A DNA stretch of 63,106 bases, the filler included, from Octopus bimaculoides (taxonomy: Eukaryota): the NCBI RefSeq assembly GCF_001194135.2. It is 5 parts of 5 records of this genome, joined end to end, with 100 filler letters (N's around TTAATTAATTAA, not from the genome) between each part and the next. Parts side by side here need not be neighbours in the genome. Positions count along the whole stretch, not along the records: positions 36,064 to 58,234 come from NC_068981.1; positions 58,335 to 59,775 come from NC_068984.1; positions 59,876 to 63,106 come from NC_068993.1; 2 more parts are not named here. One strand, written 5' to 3'. The translations under genes were made by a program, and so were the position numbers. Below are positions 49,222 through 60,821 of the stretch, one piece after another. Numbering within the stretch: position 1 is the stretch's first letter; every line of letters begins with the position of its first letter. The notes under the pieces are model-generated. The model was not told the origin of the DNA, searched no databases, and saw only the letters and a program-made list of their open reading frames with translations.

Positions 49222-49617
49222 GCAAAGTTTAAGTTAGTTAAAATATGTTTGTGACATATTTCAACTGCTAAAAGGAAAATTCACGGCAGTTACCGTAGTG
49301 AAAATTTTCTGTTATGGTAAAAGGGTGTAAAAACACATCTGTCTAGTGTCGCCATCTGTCATGATTCTCAGACATCGATGTCTCTAGCTCCTTAGCTTTT
49401 ATCAATGGGAAATATCTAAGAGAGGCAACTCTGAACAGATCTTGACTTATTTGCGCCAGTAGACCGCCAAGTCGTGGAAATTACCGAGATATTAGCGCCA
49501 AGTAGTGTTTAGGCATAAGCGAAGTCTAGGTTAGTTAAAATATGTTTGCGACATATTTCAACTGCTGAAAGGATAGATGGCGACACTGAGCAGATATGGT
49601 GTTTTTACACGTTTTTA
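49222..49617 (-). mobile_element. Penelope-type pseudo-LTR region with partial direct and inverted duplications
   Basis: 55-bp direct repeat (49222-49276 and 49519-49573, 5 mismatches) and an inverted segment (about 49315-49360 vs 49572-49617). It abuts (TA)n and lies directly 3' of the PLE RT. Confidence 0.7.
49365..49411 (-). ncRNA. Degenerate type I hammerhead ribozyme
   Basis: Minus strand TTCCCA-TTGATAA-AAGCT AAGG AGCTA-GAGAC-ATCGAT-GTC-TGAGAA. Stem I pairs 5 of 6, stem II is AGCT/AGCT and stem III is the palindrome GACATCGATGTC. The core deviates from CTGATGA/GAAA at three positions. Confidence 0.65.
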
Positions 49618-49639
49618 ACTACAGTGAATTTACAGAGCT

Positions 49640-50620
49640 TTGTTGTAAAAGGGGCCGCTGCGTCAAAACGTCTCCATTCAAGGATAGGTTCGAAATTCTC
49701 TTACTGACACACTTCACAAGTTTTTAAACAATATAGGCGAATGGCAGGAGGCTGTGTTGATACACGTCTGCCTTTCAGTAGGTTTGCGGTAAGGCCTGTA
49801 CGAACCGGTGCCCAGATCGAGCGTAACATCTAAAATATTGACTACGGTAGTGCTGGTCTCAATGGTAATCTTAAGTCCGAGGAAGTTAAGTGCATGAATC
49901 AGGACCTTCCTAAATCTGTCCAGGGTATGCCCATTTGCGCCTCTAAAGATGGCTAAAGCATCATCTCTATATAGACCAAAGTGGACAGGCGAGAACTTCT
50001 TACTTAAGATGTCGAGTATATATAATCCTATGAGGTCGCACATATCCGCTCTGTTGAATGTTCTCATCGTCACATCGAAATAGCCTCCTGAGTCAGTTAG
50101 TTTAAGACAACCCGTTTGATACAGCAGGCTTTTTTCTGGCGAAAATAAGCGCCCTTTCAAGTAAGCCTTTCAATACAGATAGATAAAAGCCCACAGTATC
50201 GATTTGGGTTAACCTTGCTCTGTCTCTATCCTGGTTTGCATTTAACCATGAAATTATTTCATTGGTATAACGTCATTAGGAAAAACCGGATGCCTTTCTT
50301 ATGCCGCTCTTTATCTTCCTTGAAATATGCTTAGTCACCGAACAATTCCCGATTTAGCTAGATTAATCAAGCGGCACTTGGGGTTGGAGGCGAAAATTAG
50401 TTTATGATCATTGTTGGTGATAAATGCATTTCTCTTAGTTAAGGTTTCCACTCTGTCAGCTATACCTAAAGAACTAGCTGACTCGTTCTTTATTCTGTCG
50501 TATGTATGAAGGGAAGCCCGTCTACAGAAGTGTAAGACGCTATCCTCTAACAGCAAACCATAAATGCTGGTCTCTACTCTTTCTTCTTTTTTTTATCAGA
50601 GAAAAAGAAATCCCTATCTG
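49640..50620 (-). mobile_element. Penelope-like element reverse transcriptase, decayed
   Basis: AFIT..DHK....NPKCRLINLAKS, FDVTM...ADMCDLIGLYIL, GLYRDD (YRDD at 49960-49971), GLKITIE..VNILDVTLDL..YRPYRKP and SCHSPILFK. Confidence 0.9.
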
Positions 50621-51405
50621 AATTTTTGAGGAGACGTATACTTGAAGCAGGGAAGACTCATGGCTTAGTGGTTTGGGTTTTCGACTCACAATCGTAAGGC
50701 CATGAGTTCGATTCCCAGCAGCGCGTTATGTCCTCGTTCATTCAGCTGTTCAGCTGGTAAAAAATGAGTTGTATCTCTAATTCAAAGGGTCGGCTTTGTC
50801 ACATTTTGTTGTCGTGCTGAATCTCCCTGAGAACTAAGTTAAGAGTATGTGTGTCTGTGGAGTGCTCAGCCACTTCCACGTTAATTTCACGAGCAGGCTG
50901 TTTCGTTGATCGGATCAACTGGAACATTCTTCGTCGTAACCGACGGAATACCGGTGAGTTGATAATAACCTTGATTTGATAAAGCACAATAACGTAGACC
51001 ATTGAAGAAAAAATATTAATGAACTTAAAAGGCAAGCAATTAATTGGGTGGAATCAATGAGGAATGCCCAATGGAGAAATAACTCGATTCTTCGGTCTCA
51101 GACGAAGTGCCAGTTATATATGAAGTAAGCTTGCGCTGAAAAGGGTTAGAGGCCTCCAGTTCTTTAATTCTTGGTGGGAATCTTCTAGATTTGATATTGT
51201 AAGTATTGGACTCCGAGGGTGAAGTTGTTTGGTCATAGAAATAGGCTTTTCATCCCAAGAGGCTTTATTTTTAAAAATGGACAATGAACTTGTCGAAGAT
51301 CATCCTCGTATAGAGTTCGCTTGACGGCATGGATATGTATATAAGTAGGTACGTGTGTGCGCGTATATATACATATATGTATACATATAAGCATACATAC
51401 ATATA

Positions 51406-51439
<34 letters not shown>

Positions 51440-52468
51440 NNNNNNNNNNNNNNNNNNNNNNNNNNNNNNNNNNNNNNNNNNNNNNNNNNNNNNNNNNNNN
51501 NNNNNNNNNNNNNNNNNNNNNNNNNNNNNNNNNNNNNNNNNNNNNNNNNNNNNNNNNNNNNNNNNNNNNNNNNNNNNNNNNNNNNNNNNNNNNNNNNNNN
51601 NNNNNNNNNNNNNNNNNNNNNNNNNNNNNNNNNNNNNNNNNNNNNNNNNNNNNNNNNNNNNNNNNNNNNNNNNNNNNNNNNNNNCATACATACACACACA
51701 CTCACACACACATGCACACACACACAACTATTTGGCGTACCGCCATGTGATTAAGGTGTTGCGCTAATTCCGGGTCAATCAATAGGTCCCGGAGTTCCAT
51801 TCTGGACTGAGCGTCGCATTGTGGCATTGAGCAAGGCATTTCATTTCACATTCCTTCCATCTCTTTAACTGAAATATCAATATCAACGAAAGTAACGGGG
51901 AGGGGGAAGTTACTCCGGAGACCGACTAGGCGTCCCATCTCGTTTAAACTCCACAGAAACCAGGATAGACGCGAAGCAAACTTCGTTTAATAGAGGTGTA
52001 GAGAGAAATTAGAGAGACTGTGTGTGTGTGTGAGACGAGTCGTGAAAAGACAGAAATATATTGAGAGTTAAAAAAAAACAGAGAGAGAGATGTTTATATA
52101 AATGGAGAGAGAGAGAGAGAGAGAGAAAAACAGATCAAAATATGTATAAAGAGAGAGAAAGGTAAGAAAAACGAATGAGTAGTTCAGCTAAGTTATCTAC
52201 CCTTAGATATATTTAGTTGTTAGTCTGTACGGTTAGGTGTCGCCACATCAACCACTTCTCTCTTCTCACCACAAGAATGGTCTAAAAACTGTTGTCTTAC
52301 TTTTATGTCTACAGACTAACTCTTTTTTTTTTTTTTTTTTTTGGAAAACTATTCTACATACTTAAAACATCCATCAGTTCTATTCCTTAATTTCATACTT
52401 TCAGAAATTTGATGAAAGCTAATTAATAATCAAAAAAGCAACAAACGAACAAAAAAAAGCTTGTCAAC

Positions 52469-52644
52469 ATGTCTGACTTGATTTCTCTTCTTGATGCAAC
52501 TTTGCGTTTAATTTCTAATAACGGAGCGGAACGTCGGTTGTGGAAGACAACACCCAGTCTGGTGAAACCTGGAGGTTACCCACCTGATATCTTACTGCAG
52601 AAACCTTCCAAAGAAGAACTAGAAAAACTGGAATGTGGTATTTG
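52469..52644 (+). CDS. First coding exon of an unidentified gene (exon 52405-52644): MSDLISLLDATLRLISNNGAERRLWKTTPSLVKPGGYPPDILLQKPSKEELEKLECGI + phase 2
   Basis: Strong acceptor ttccttaatttcatactttCAG (52404), Kozak-like CAACATG, 58 open codons of ordinary composition and a TG|GTAAGT donor (52645). Unique sequence. Missed by the 60-aa ORF cut-off. Confidence 0.78.
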
Positions 52645-52905
52645 GTAAGTGATATATTCTCATTGTCCTCCTCCGCCGTTCTTGTTTCTATTCTACATCT
52701 ATGTATGGTTTATATATATGTGTATGCATTATATATATATATATATATTTATATATATGCATTTATATATGCACACTATATACTGATGAGATGTCATTGA
52801 TGTATAGGCATGCACAAATATAGATACATGCTCTAAAACACATATATATATATATTACTGCTCTAACTTTTAGAGTGTACTTCTTTTGCGGATATATGAT
52901 CCACT

Positions 52906-52954
<49 letters not shown>

Positions 52955-53571
52955 GTGTGTGTGTGTATATATAACAGTTATTTACAATTAACAGCGAAAT
53001 GTTTAACCCATTTACTTCAGCCTCAATCAAAAAATGTCAGCCGATGCTCTTTGTTCGTTTAGTTTAGTTCTGTTGTTTAACCAAAATCTGAGCGACTTTC
53101 TCTGAATATTCTTCAACTAGAGACAGTCTGTTAAGCAATGCTAACTCTTCTTAGATATAGATTTATACAATTTATGTTGTTTATTCAATGTTGAGTCGAA
53201 CCAGAGTTAATAATATTCGGAGTTTTTTTTTGTTCATGATCTTCAAGTTATTCTGGTAAGGTAACTGACACTAAACAAATGAAAATTTAAAAATAAAAAC
53301 CTGATTTGTATTACTGGATACACACGGTGGACAAGTGACATTATGCATGTACGTATGAGTGTGTGTGTGTGTGTGCGTTAGCATTTGTACAGATATCTTA
53401 TGAATTATAATTCTGGGTAGGGTGGGGCCTATAGAAACATTTGCTTGAACCTAACTATATATATATGTATATATATTATATACATACACACACACACACA
53501 CCATATAGGTAAATTTTTACAAATATATATATATATAGGAGAGTATTGTAGTTTGCTTGAAACATGTATTG

Positions 53572-53760
53572 TTTGTAAAGAATAAAATGTTTTGAATGAC
53601 ACAACAATGCACTAGCAGCGACTCCATCAATTTCTTAGGATATCTGAAGAAGGAATTTTTATTTCAGACTCTGGATGATTAAATTACAACAGTTCTTATA
53701 GTCCATTGCTTGTATTATAGTGCATTGCTGTGTCATTCAAAACATTTTATTCTTTACAAA
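53572..53760. repeat. 43-bp inverted repeat (1 mismatch), 103-bp spacer; same terminus recurs at about 46314-46372
   Basis: TTTGTAAAGAATAAAATGTTTTGAATGACACAACAATGCACTA (53572-53614) versus 53718-53760. Confidence 0.88.
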
Positions 53761-54665
53761 TATATATATATATACATNNNNNNNNNNNNNNNNNNNNNNN
53801 NNNNNNNNNNNNNNNNNNNNNNNNNNNNNNNNNNNNNNNNNNNNNNNNNNNNNNNNNNNNNNNNNNNNNNNNNNNNNNNNNNNNNNNNNNNNNNNNNNNN
53901 NNNNNNNNNNNNNNNNNNNNNNNNNNNNNNNNNNNNNNNNNNNNNNNNNNNNNNNNNNNNNNNNNNNNNNNNNNNNNNNNNNNNNNNNNNNNNNNNNNNN
54001 NNNNNNNNNNNNNNNNNNNNNNNNNNNNNNNNNNNNNNNNNNNNNNNNNNNNNNNNNNNNNNNNNNNNNNNNNNNNNNNNNNNNNNNNNNNNNNNNNNNN
54101 NNNNNNNNNNNNNNNNNNNNNNNNNNNNNNNNNNNNNNNNNNNNNNNNNNNNNNNNNNNNNNNNNNNNNNNNNNNNNNNNNNNNNNNNNNNNNNNNNNNN
54201 NNNNNNNNNNNNNNNNNNNNNNNNNNNNNNNNNNNNNNNNNNNNNNNNNNNNNNNNNNNNNNNNNNNNNNNNNNNNNNNNNNNNNNNNNNNNNNNNNNNN
54301 NNNNNNNNNNNNNNNNNNNNNNNNNNNNNNNNNNNNNNNNNNNNNNNNNNNNNNNNNNNNNNNNNNNNNNNNNNNNNNNNNNNNNNNNNNNNNNNNNNNN
54401 NNNNNNNNNNNNNNNNNNNNNNNNNNNNNNNNNNNNNNNNNNNNNNNNNNNNNNNNNNNNNNNNNNNNNNNNNNNNNNNNNNNNNNNNNNNNNNNNNNNN
54501 NNNNNNNNNNNNNNNNNNNNNNNNNNNNNNNNNNNNNNNNNNNNNNNNNNNNNNNNNNNNNNNNNNNNNNNNNNNNNNNNNNNNNNNNNNNNNNNNNNNN
54601 NNNNNNNNNNNNNNNNNNNNNNNNNNNNNNNNNNNNNNNNNNNNNNNNNNNNNNNNNNNNNNNNN

Positions 54666-54713
<48 letters not shown>

Positions 54714-55012
54714 GGTAGAAAATACTAATTGTTGTTCAGTCTCAGGTCACCTCTGGTATGTTACAGCATACCATTTGGAAATAAGTTCAGATACTATCCG
54801 ATATGTTCCTTTCGATAAGACGGTAGATAGATAAACCGTGGCTTGGAAGATTTGGTTGTTGTTTTCCCAACATCGAGCGACCCATTATACGACAGCGAAG
54901 TTGATTCGAGTCGACTGGAGAAACGTGTTTGAAACATGAATGATGGCGTGAAATTTACAGATGTTATGTAATACCTCGGATATACGTATAACAAATACAC
55001 GTTTACAGCAGT

Positions 55013-55061
<49 letters not shown>

Positions 55062-58000
55062 TGTGAAGATATGAATTACTGTACTGCTATGTAGAGATGT
55101 CTGTTTCATTTATAACCAGACTTCATTATCTATGAAGTTATATAAAGGGGAGGGAGGGGCTATGTGACTTATCACCGAAAACTACTACTACCACCACCAC
55201 CACTTCTATTACTACTACTACTACTACTACTCGAGAGTAACCTATCTTATGACATCTGCAGCTTTTAACACTTTTTGCTACATGAGGAAGCCTCTACATA
55301 GTCGTTCGACTTGCTAGAAATGAAAACTAAATATATCCGTCATCACATCCAACCGCTCCAAATATGCAGAAGGATGCATTGCATAACAGTTGTGAGCACA
55401 CTATTTAGGGGAAAAGACGAGATGGTCATGATTGCAACGACTTTAGATCGTTAAGTTTGCTCGAACAGGACTGATCATGGGCTAAGCAACATGTTCGAGG
55501 TGAGCCAACATGTTTGGTTGTTCGACCTGCTAGAAATAGCAACCAAATGTCCTGTCCTTCAAAACGCACACTACTGTCTTGAGCAGAATTACATTGGATA
55601 ATGTAGTCCTTGAAGAAACGTGTTAGTCATGGCTGGAATGTCTTTAAACATGGATTCATTGGTCAGGATTAACCTGGTGCTAGATAACGTGTTTCAAACA
55701 TCCAATAACATGTGGCTGTTGGTCGTTCAATGTTACTATTTATTTGTTAGATATTTTACAAAAGAACTGTTATTGTTGAGTTCACTGAGATTATATTGCA
55801 TGTTTGTACGATATTAACAATACACTCTTTAGATACTGCTTATTCGTATATTACAAGCTAAACCTGATTCTCTGTTGACTAAATGTTTGTGAAATATGCT
55901 TTGCTGACGAAAATAAATCCACAAATGTATTTTTGAATTGTCTTGCACTTTGGGCTGGTGTCTTCTATAGCCCTGGGCCGATCAAAGCCTTGTCGGTGAA
56001 TTTGGTCGACAGAAACTGGAAGAAGCCCATCGTATCTGTATATGATCGTTTGTGTGTGTGTACCCTTGTCTAGACATCGCTCGTGATAGTTGTGGATAAG
56101 CAACGTCGTTATTCACAAAGAATGTTGCTCGTTTCAAGTCTTCTGTGAAAAACCTGTCTAGCTGTGGGGAAATATTACCTTACTTATGAAACAGGTGAGG
56201 CTTGGTGACAGGAAAGGCTTCTGGTTGCAGAAAAGTCTGACTCAACAAATTTATCCGACTCCTGCAAGCATGGAAGAATGGACATGAAATATGATGATTC
56301 CTTAATATTATTACATGGCTCTAGTTATGGTGCCATTTAACCAATTCTTTCATACTCTCAATAAAATAGTGGTGGCTGGCTAGAAGTCTCTCTTTTTTTT
56401 TCTCTCTCTCTTCCCTCCTCACATACATGATAGTTGGAATGTTTGCAGTCTTTGGTAGAATTTGATAACCATCCAATATCTTCATCATTTTAACCTCCAC
56501 ATATCCATGTTTGTATGGGTTGGGTGGAGTTCTTTGAGCCAGATTTTCTACGGCCAGATGCCTTTCCTATCACCAACCCTGTTTCCAAGCAAGGTTAACT
56601 TTTGCCTCATAGCCAGACATGTTTGCACAACACTGTCAAACGAATGACACTGCTTGCAGGACAGTGATACGCATAAACAAATATCGCATGATATCAAGAC
56701 AAACAGAAACACACACACACACACACACANNNNNNNNNNNNNNNNNNNNNNNNNNNNNNNNNNNNNNNNNNNNNNNNNNNNNNNNNNNNNNNNNNNNNNN
56801 NNNNNNNNNNNNNNNNNNNNNNNNNNNNNNNNNNNNNNNNNNNNNNNNNNNNNNNNNNNNNNNNNNNNNNNNNNNNNNNNNNNNNNNNNNNNNNNNNNNN
56901 NNNNNNNNNNNNNNNNNNNNNNNNNNNNNNNNNNNNNNNNNNNNNNNNNNNNNNNNNNNNNNNNNNNNNNNNNNNNNNNNNNNNNNNNNNNNNNNNNNNN
57001 NNNNNNNNAACATCCATTTTCCTTGCTGGCATGGGTTGGACGGTTCGACTGGGTCTGGGAAGCCAGGAGGCTGCACCAGGCTCCAATCTGATCTGGCAAG
57101 GTTTCTACAGCTGGATGCCATTCCTAATGCCAACCACTCTGAGAGTGTAGTGGGTGCTTTTTACATACCACTGGTACAGAAGCCAGTCAGAGTGGCACTG
57201 GCATCAGCCATATTCGGGATCACTTTTATTCTTTTACTTGTTTCAGTCATTTGACTGTGGCCATGTTGGAGCACCATATAGATAGATAGTAGACAGACAG
57301 GGCTGACCTAGGGCTGAACAACATAAACAGGATAGTTTTATTGAAGTGTTCTCTTTTGTTAGGTAACCTGTTGACTCTTTCCTGTTCTAAAATATAATAG
57401 AATATGCACACACACATACACAGTTTTTTCCACTCTACTTGGGCCTTTTTGCTGTAAATCTATTATCTCACACACACACATAAAAGCATAGAATCAGTAG
57501 ACCTGAGAGGCAAATACAGATTTATTTCCATATGATTCCAACCATTTGTCTTTTACTTGCTCCAGCCATCAGTCTGTGGCCATGCTGGCGCACCACCTTG
57601 AAGAATGTTACTTGAACAACTCATCTCCAGAATTTTTTAATTTTTTTTTGTGTAGAGCCTGGTACTTATTTTATTGGCTTTTGCTGAACCACTAAGTTAT
57701 GGGGACATAAACACACCAACACTGGTTGTCAAGCAGTAGTGGGGGACTAACACACATATACAACAGGCTTCTTTCAGTTTCCATTTACCAAATCCACCTT
57801 GACTGGCTTCCATGCCGGTGGCACGTAAAAAGCACCATCCGATCGTGGTCGATGCCAGCCCTCTCTGGCCCCTGGGTCTTGAAGAAGTAAGCTGTTTGGA
57901 AAGGGAATTCTTTCACATTTTCTTGAAATTTTATAAACTCTTGCAATATAGGCACAGGAGTGGCTGTGTGGTAAGTAGCTTGCTTACCAACCACATGGTT

Positions 58001-58234
58001 CCAAGTTCAGTCCCACTGTGTAGCACCTTGGGCAAGTCTCTTCTATGACCTCAGACCAACCAAGGTGAGTGGATTTGGCAGACAGAAACTGAAAGAAGCT
58101 TGTCATATATGTGTGTGTATATATATATATATATATAAAAATGAGAAATTTTACACATGCCTTACTTAGGGTTCCAGTTGTGTTTTAGTCAAAAAAAATT
58201 ATTAACTTCTTGCAGAGTTCGAGCACACGGCAAC

Positions 58235-58334
58235 NNNNNNNNNNNNNNNNNNNNNNNNNNNNNNNNNNNNNNNNNNNNTTAATTAATTAANNNNNNNNNN
58301 NNNNNNNNNNNNNNNNNNNNNNNNNNNNNNNNNN
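58235..58334. other. Artificial 44N-TTAATTAATTAA-44N linker gap
   Basis: 12-mer at 58279-58290. Confidence 0.97.
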
Positions 58335-58397
<63 letters not shown>

Positions 58398-59330
58398 CAA
58401 ATGAAGAAGACAGAACTGAACTGCAGTCTGATCTATATGCGGTGAATCAATGGGCAGACAAAAACAAAATGCAACTAAACGAAGGAAAATTTGAGCTGAT
58501 GCATTTTGGAAGAAACACTATACTAAAACAGCCATACTCTCTTCCTTCATGGGAACCGGTCATAGCATCTAATAATATCAGAAACCTAGGAGTAACTGCT
58601 GATAACAATCTCAGTTGAAGAGCCCACATCAACAATATGGCACGTAGAATGAGTTCCTTTATCTTAAGAATCTTCCAATCCAGAGAACAATGTGTCATCA
58701 TTCCACTTTTCTCCTCCTTTGTACGGCCACACTTCGAATACTGCTACCCCCTGTGGTTTCCCCATACAAAACAAATCATCTCAAAAATTGAATCACCCCA
58801 GAAGGCATTCACTAAACGAATTAAAGACATTACTGATCTCGATTACTGGGACCCCCTTAAAGCCATGAAACTGTACTCTCTCTAGCGCCGCCGCTAGCGG
58901 TACATCATTTGCACGATGTGGAGAATATACTGCCAGCAATGCTCAAACGACCTGAACATTAGCTTCAAGGTTCATCCAAGGCTTGGAGCATCTGTTGCCC
59001 AATTCAGGATCACAACATATAGGTACACTGCGACACAATTTCTTTTCCTCAGCAGGCCCTGCCCTGTTTAACATTGTCCCCAAACTGATCAAAAAGGAAA
59101 AGAATCCCATCTCCTTTAAACGGAGTCTGGAAAATTTCTTCAAGGAATACCAGATAAACCACTCATACCTGGATACAACTCACTCCGCAAGAACTCCCTA
59201 CTTCAGTGGACCATGGTAACACAAAACTTGACTTAAAAAGGATTTAGATAATCCTATCAAGTTGTGCTATTAAGTTAAACATGGCCTGGACCAATCTTTG
59301 GTCGAAATATATCTAAGGTTTATCTAAGTT
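58398..59330 (+). mobile_element. CR1/L2-group LINE, 3' end with terminal stem-loop
   Basis: ELQSDLYAVNQWADKNKMQLNEGKFELM, FVRPHFEYCYPLWFP, YWDPLKAMKLYSL*RRR*RY and FSSAGPALFNIVPK. The 3' hairpin GACCA-ATCTT-TGGTC (59289-59303) is followed by ATCTAAG repeats. Confidence 0.9.
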
Positions 59331-59507
59331 TATATATATATATTAAATTCAACTTATGCTGAAAGTCAACAAAGTTTTATTTAGAAGCGTTGAGATGTAT
59401 TGAAACATACACATAAGGAAATAAATATATTCTCAAATGCAAGATTATGCTAATAATATCGCATAAACAGGAGAAACATACATATTTTGTAGAAAAATCT
59501 GTCGACG

Positions 59508-59580
59508 GCTAGCCATGAGATTCGAACTCACGTCCTTGTGATTACGCGTGAGGTGCTTTAAAAGCACTTAAGCTTGAAAC
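59508..59580 (-). pseudogene. tRNA-like relic (tRNA pseudogene or SINE head; apparent anticodon CGT)
   Basis: Minus strand AGCTTAAGTGCTTTTAAAGCACCTCACGCGTAATCACAAGGACGTGAGTTCGAATCTCA. The T arm is intact; the anticodon and acceptor stems do not pair. Confidence 0.4.
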
Positions 59581-59775
59581 AGGATCTTGTACACGGTTAA
59601 CCAAAAGTTTAATTCATTATCATTATTTTGCGCAAATACAACCCGTGTTTTATTTTTCGGATTTTTTAAAGATGGTGTATAGCGTCTTTGGCGTCTATTT
59701 TTCTGGCGCATGGAGAGGCATACAGCCAACCCCTTGTTATAATTATGTATATAATTATTAATATATATATATATA

Positions 59776-59875
59776 NNNNNNNNNNNNNNNNNNNNNNNNN
59801 NNNNNNNNNNNNNNNNNNNTTAATTAATTAANNNNNNNNNNNNNNNNNNNNNNNNNNNNNNNNNNNNNNNNNNNN
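59776..59875. other. Artificial 44N-TTAATTAATTAA-44N linker gap
   Basis: 12-mer at 59820-59831. Confidence 0.97.
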
Positions 59876-59962
59876 TTTTTTTTAGATTTTATTCAATGTA
59901 ATTTTATTATTTATCATTCCTGTATTTATTTTGTTTATTTTCTAATATATATATGTGGATAC

Positions 59963-59998
<36 letters not shown>

Positions 59999-60473
59999 TT
60001 TTTCCCTCTATGTAATTTCCCAAAAAATAAATGTTTTGAATACTCTGTTTATTTATATTCAAAATGGGAGACATTTTAGCTGTAGATGTTGTGCGCTTAA
60101 ATAAAGAGATTGATAGATTGAGGTATAGATAGATGGATAGAGAGAAAGGGGTGGCGAGAGATTGGCTAACAAATTTAATCTTCCTACAAGCCTCAATATT
60201 TAGTTATCCAGAATTGTGTGCTTTGTTTATTTATGTATCTGTTTAATAGACTGGTTGGGAAGGGAGGATTTGGCACTTATAGTAAAATATTCAAGGTTCG
60301 ATGCTTTGACAAAATCTACTTTGGTGTGATATATCATGTTTCTCTGAGTTCTAGTCTCACTTGGAATGATTTTCATTTTCATCCTGCCAAAAGTGAAGAA
60401 GTTGTCAGTAAAATACACACATTAACACTTATTGATTAGTATGAATGGTACAACACACACACACACACACACA

Positions 60474-60512
<39 letters not shown>

Positions 60513-60821
60513 ACACCCTTCCATGAACATAATGTAAGCTTCAGGACATTTGAATGTGAATACTTTTCATATATTACTTTGTATATGCTTTTAGTCTTTT
60601 CACTAATTTAGACTGAGTTCATCCCGAAGCTCCACCTTCAAAGGATTCAGTCAATGATACAAACTCCAGTATTTCTTTCAATCTGGTACTCGAATTATTG
60701 ATTCCTATTTATAGAATGGTTAAGTTAGTTCTTTCACATAAATGGATGGTGCTTCACTCACTAGTTTGCAGTGATAAATGTAAAATCCAGATACTATTAC
60801 ACATGTGTGAGTGTATCATAA

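Noticed and set aside
60250-60295. LVGKGGFGTYSKIFK, kinase glycine-loop-like, after a plausible acceptor
   Set aside because: No VAIK or other kinase motif follows, the donors are weak and direct splicing from 52644 creates TGA. It merits a blast only if RNA-seq shows an exon.
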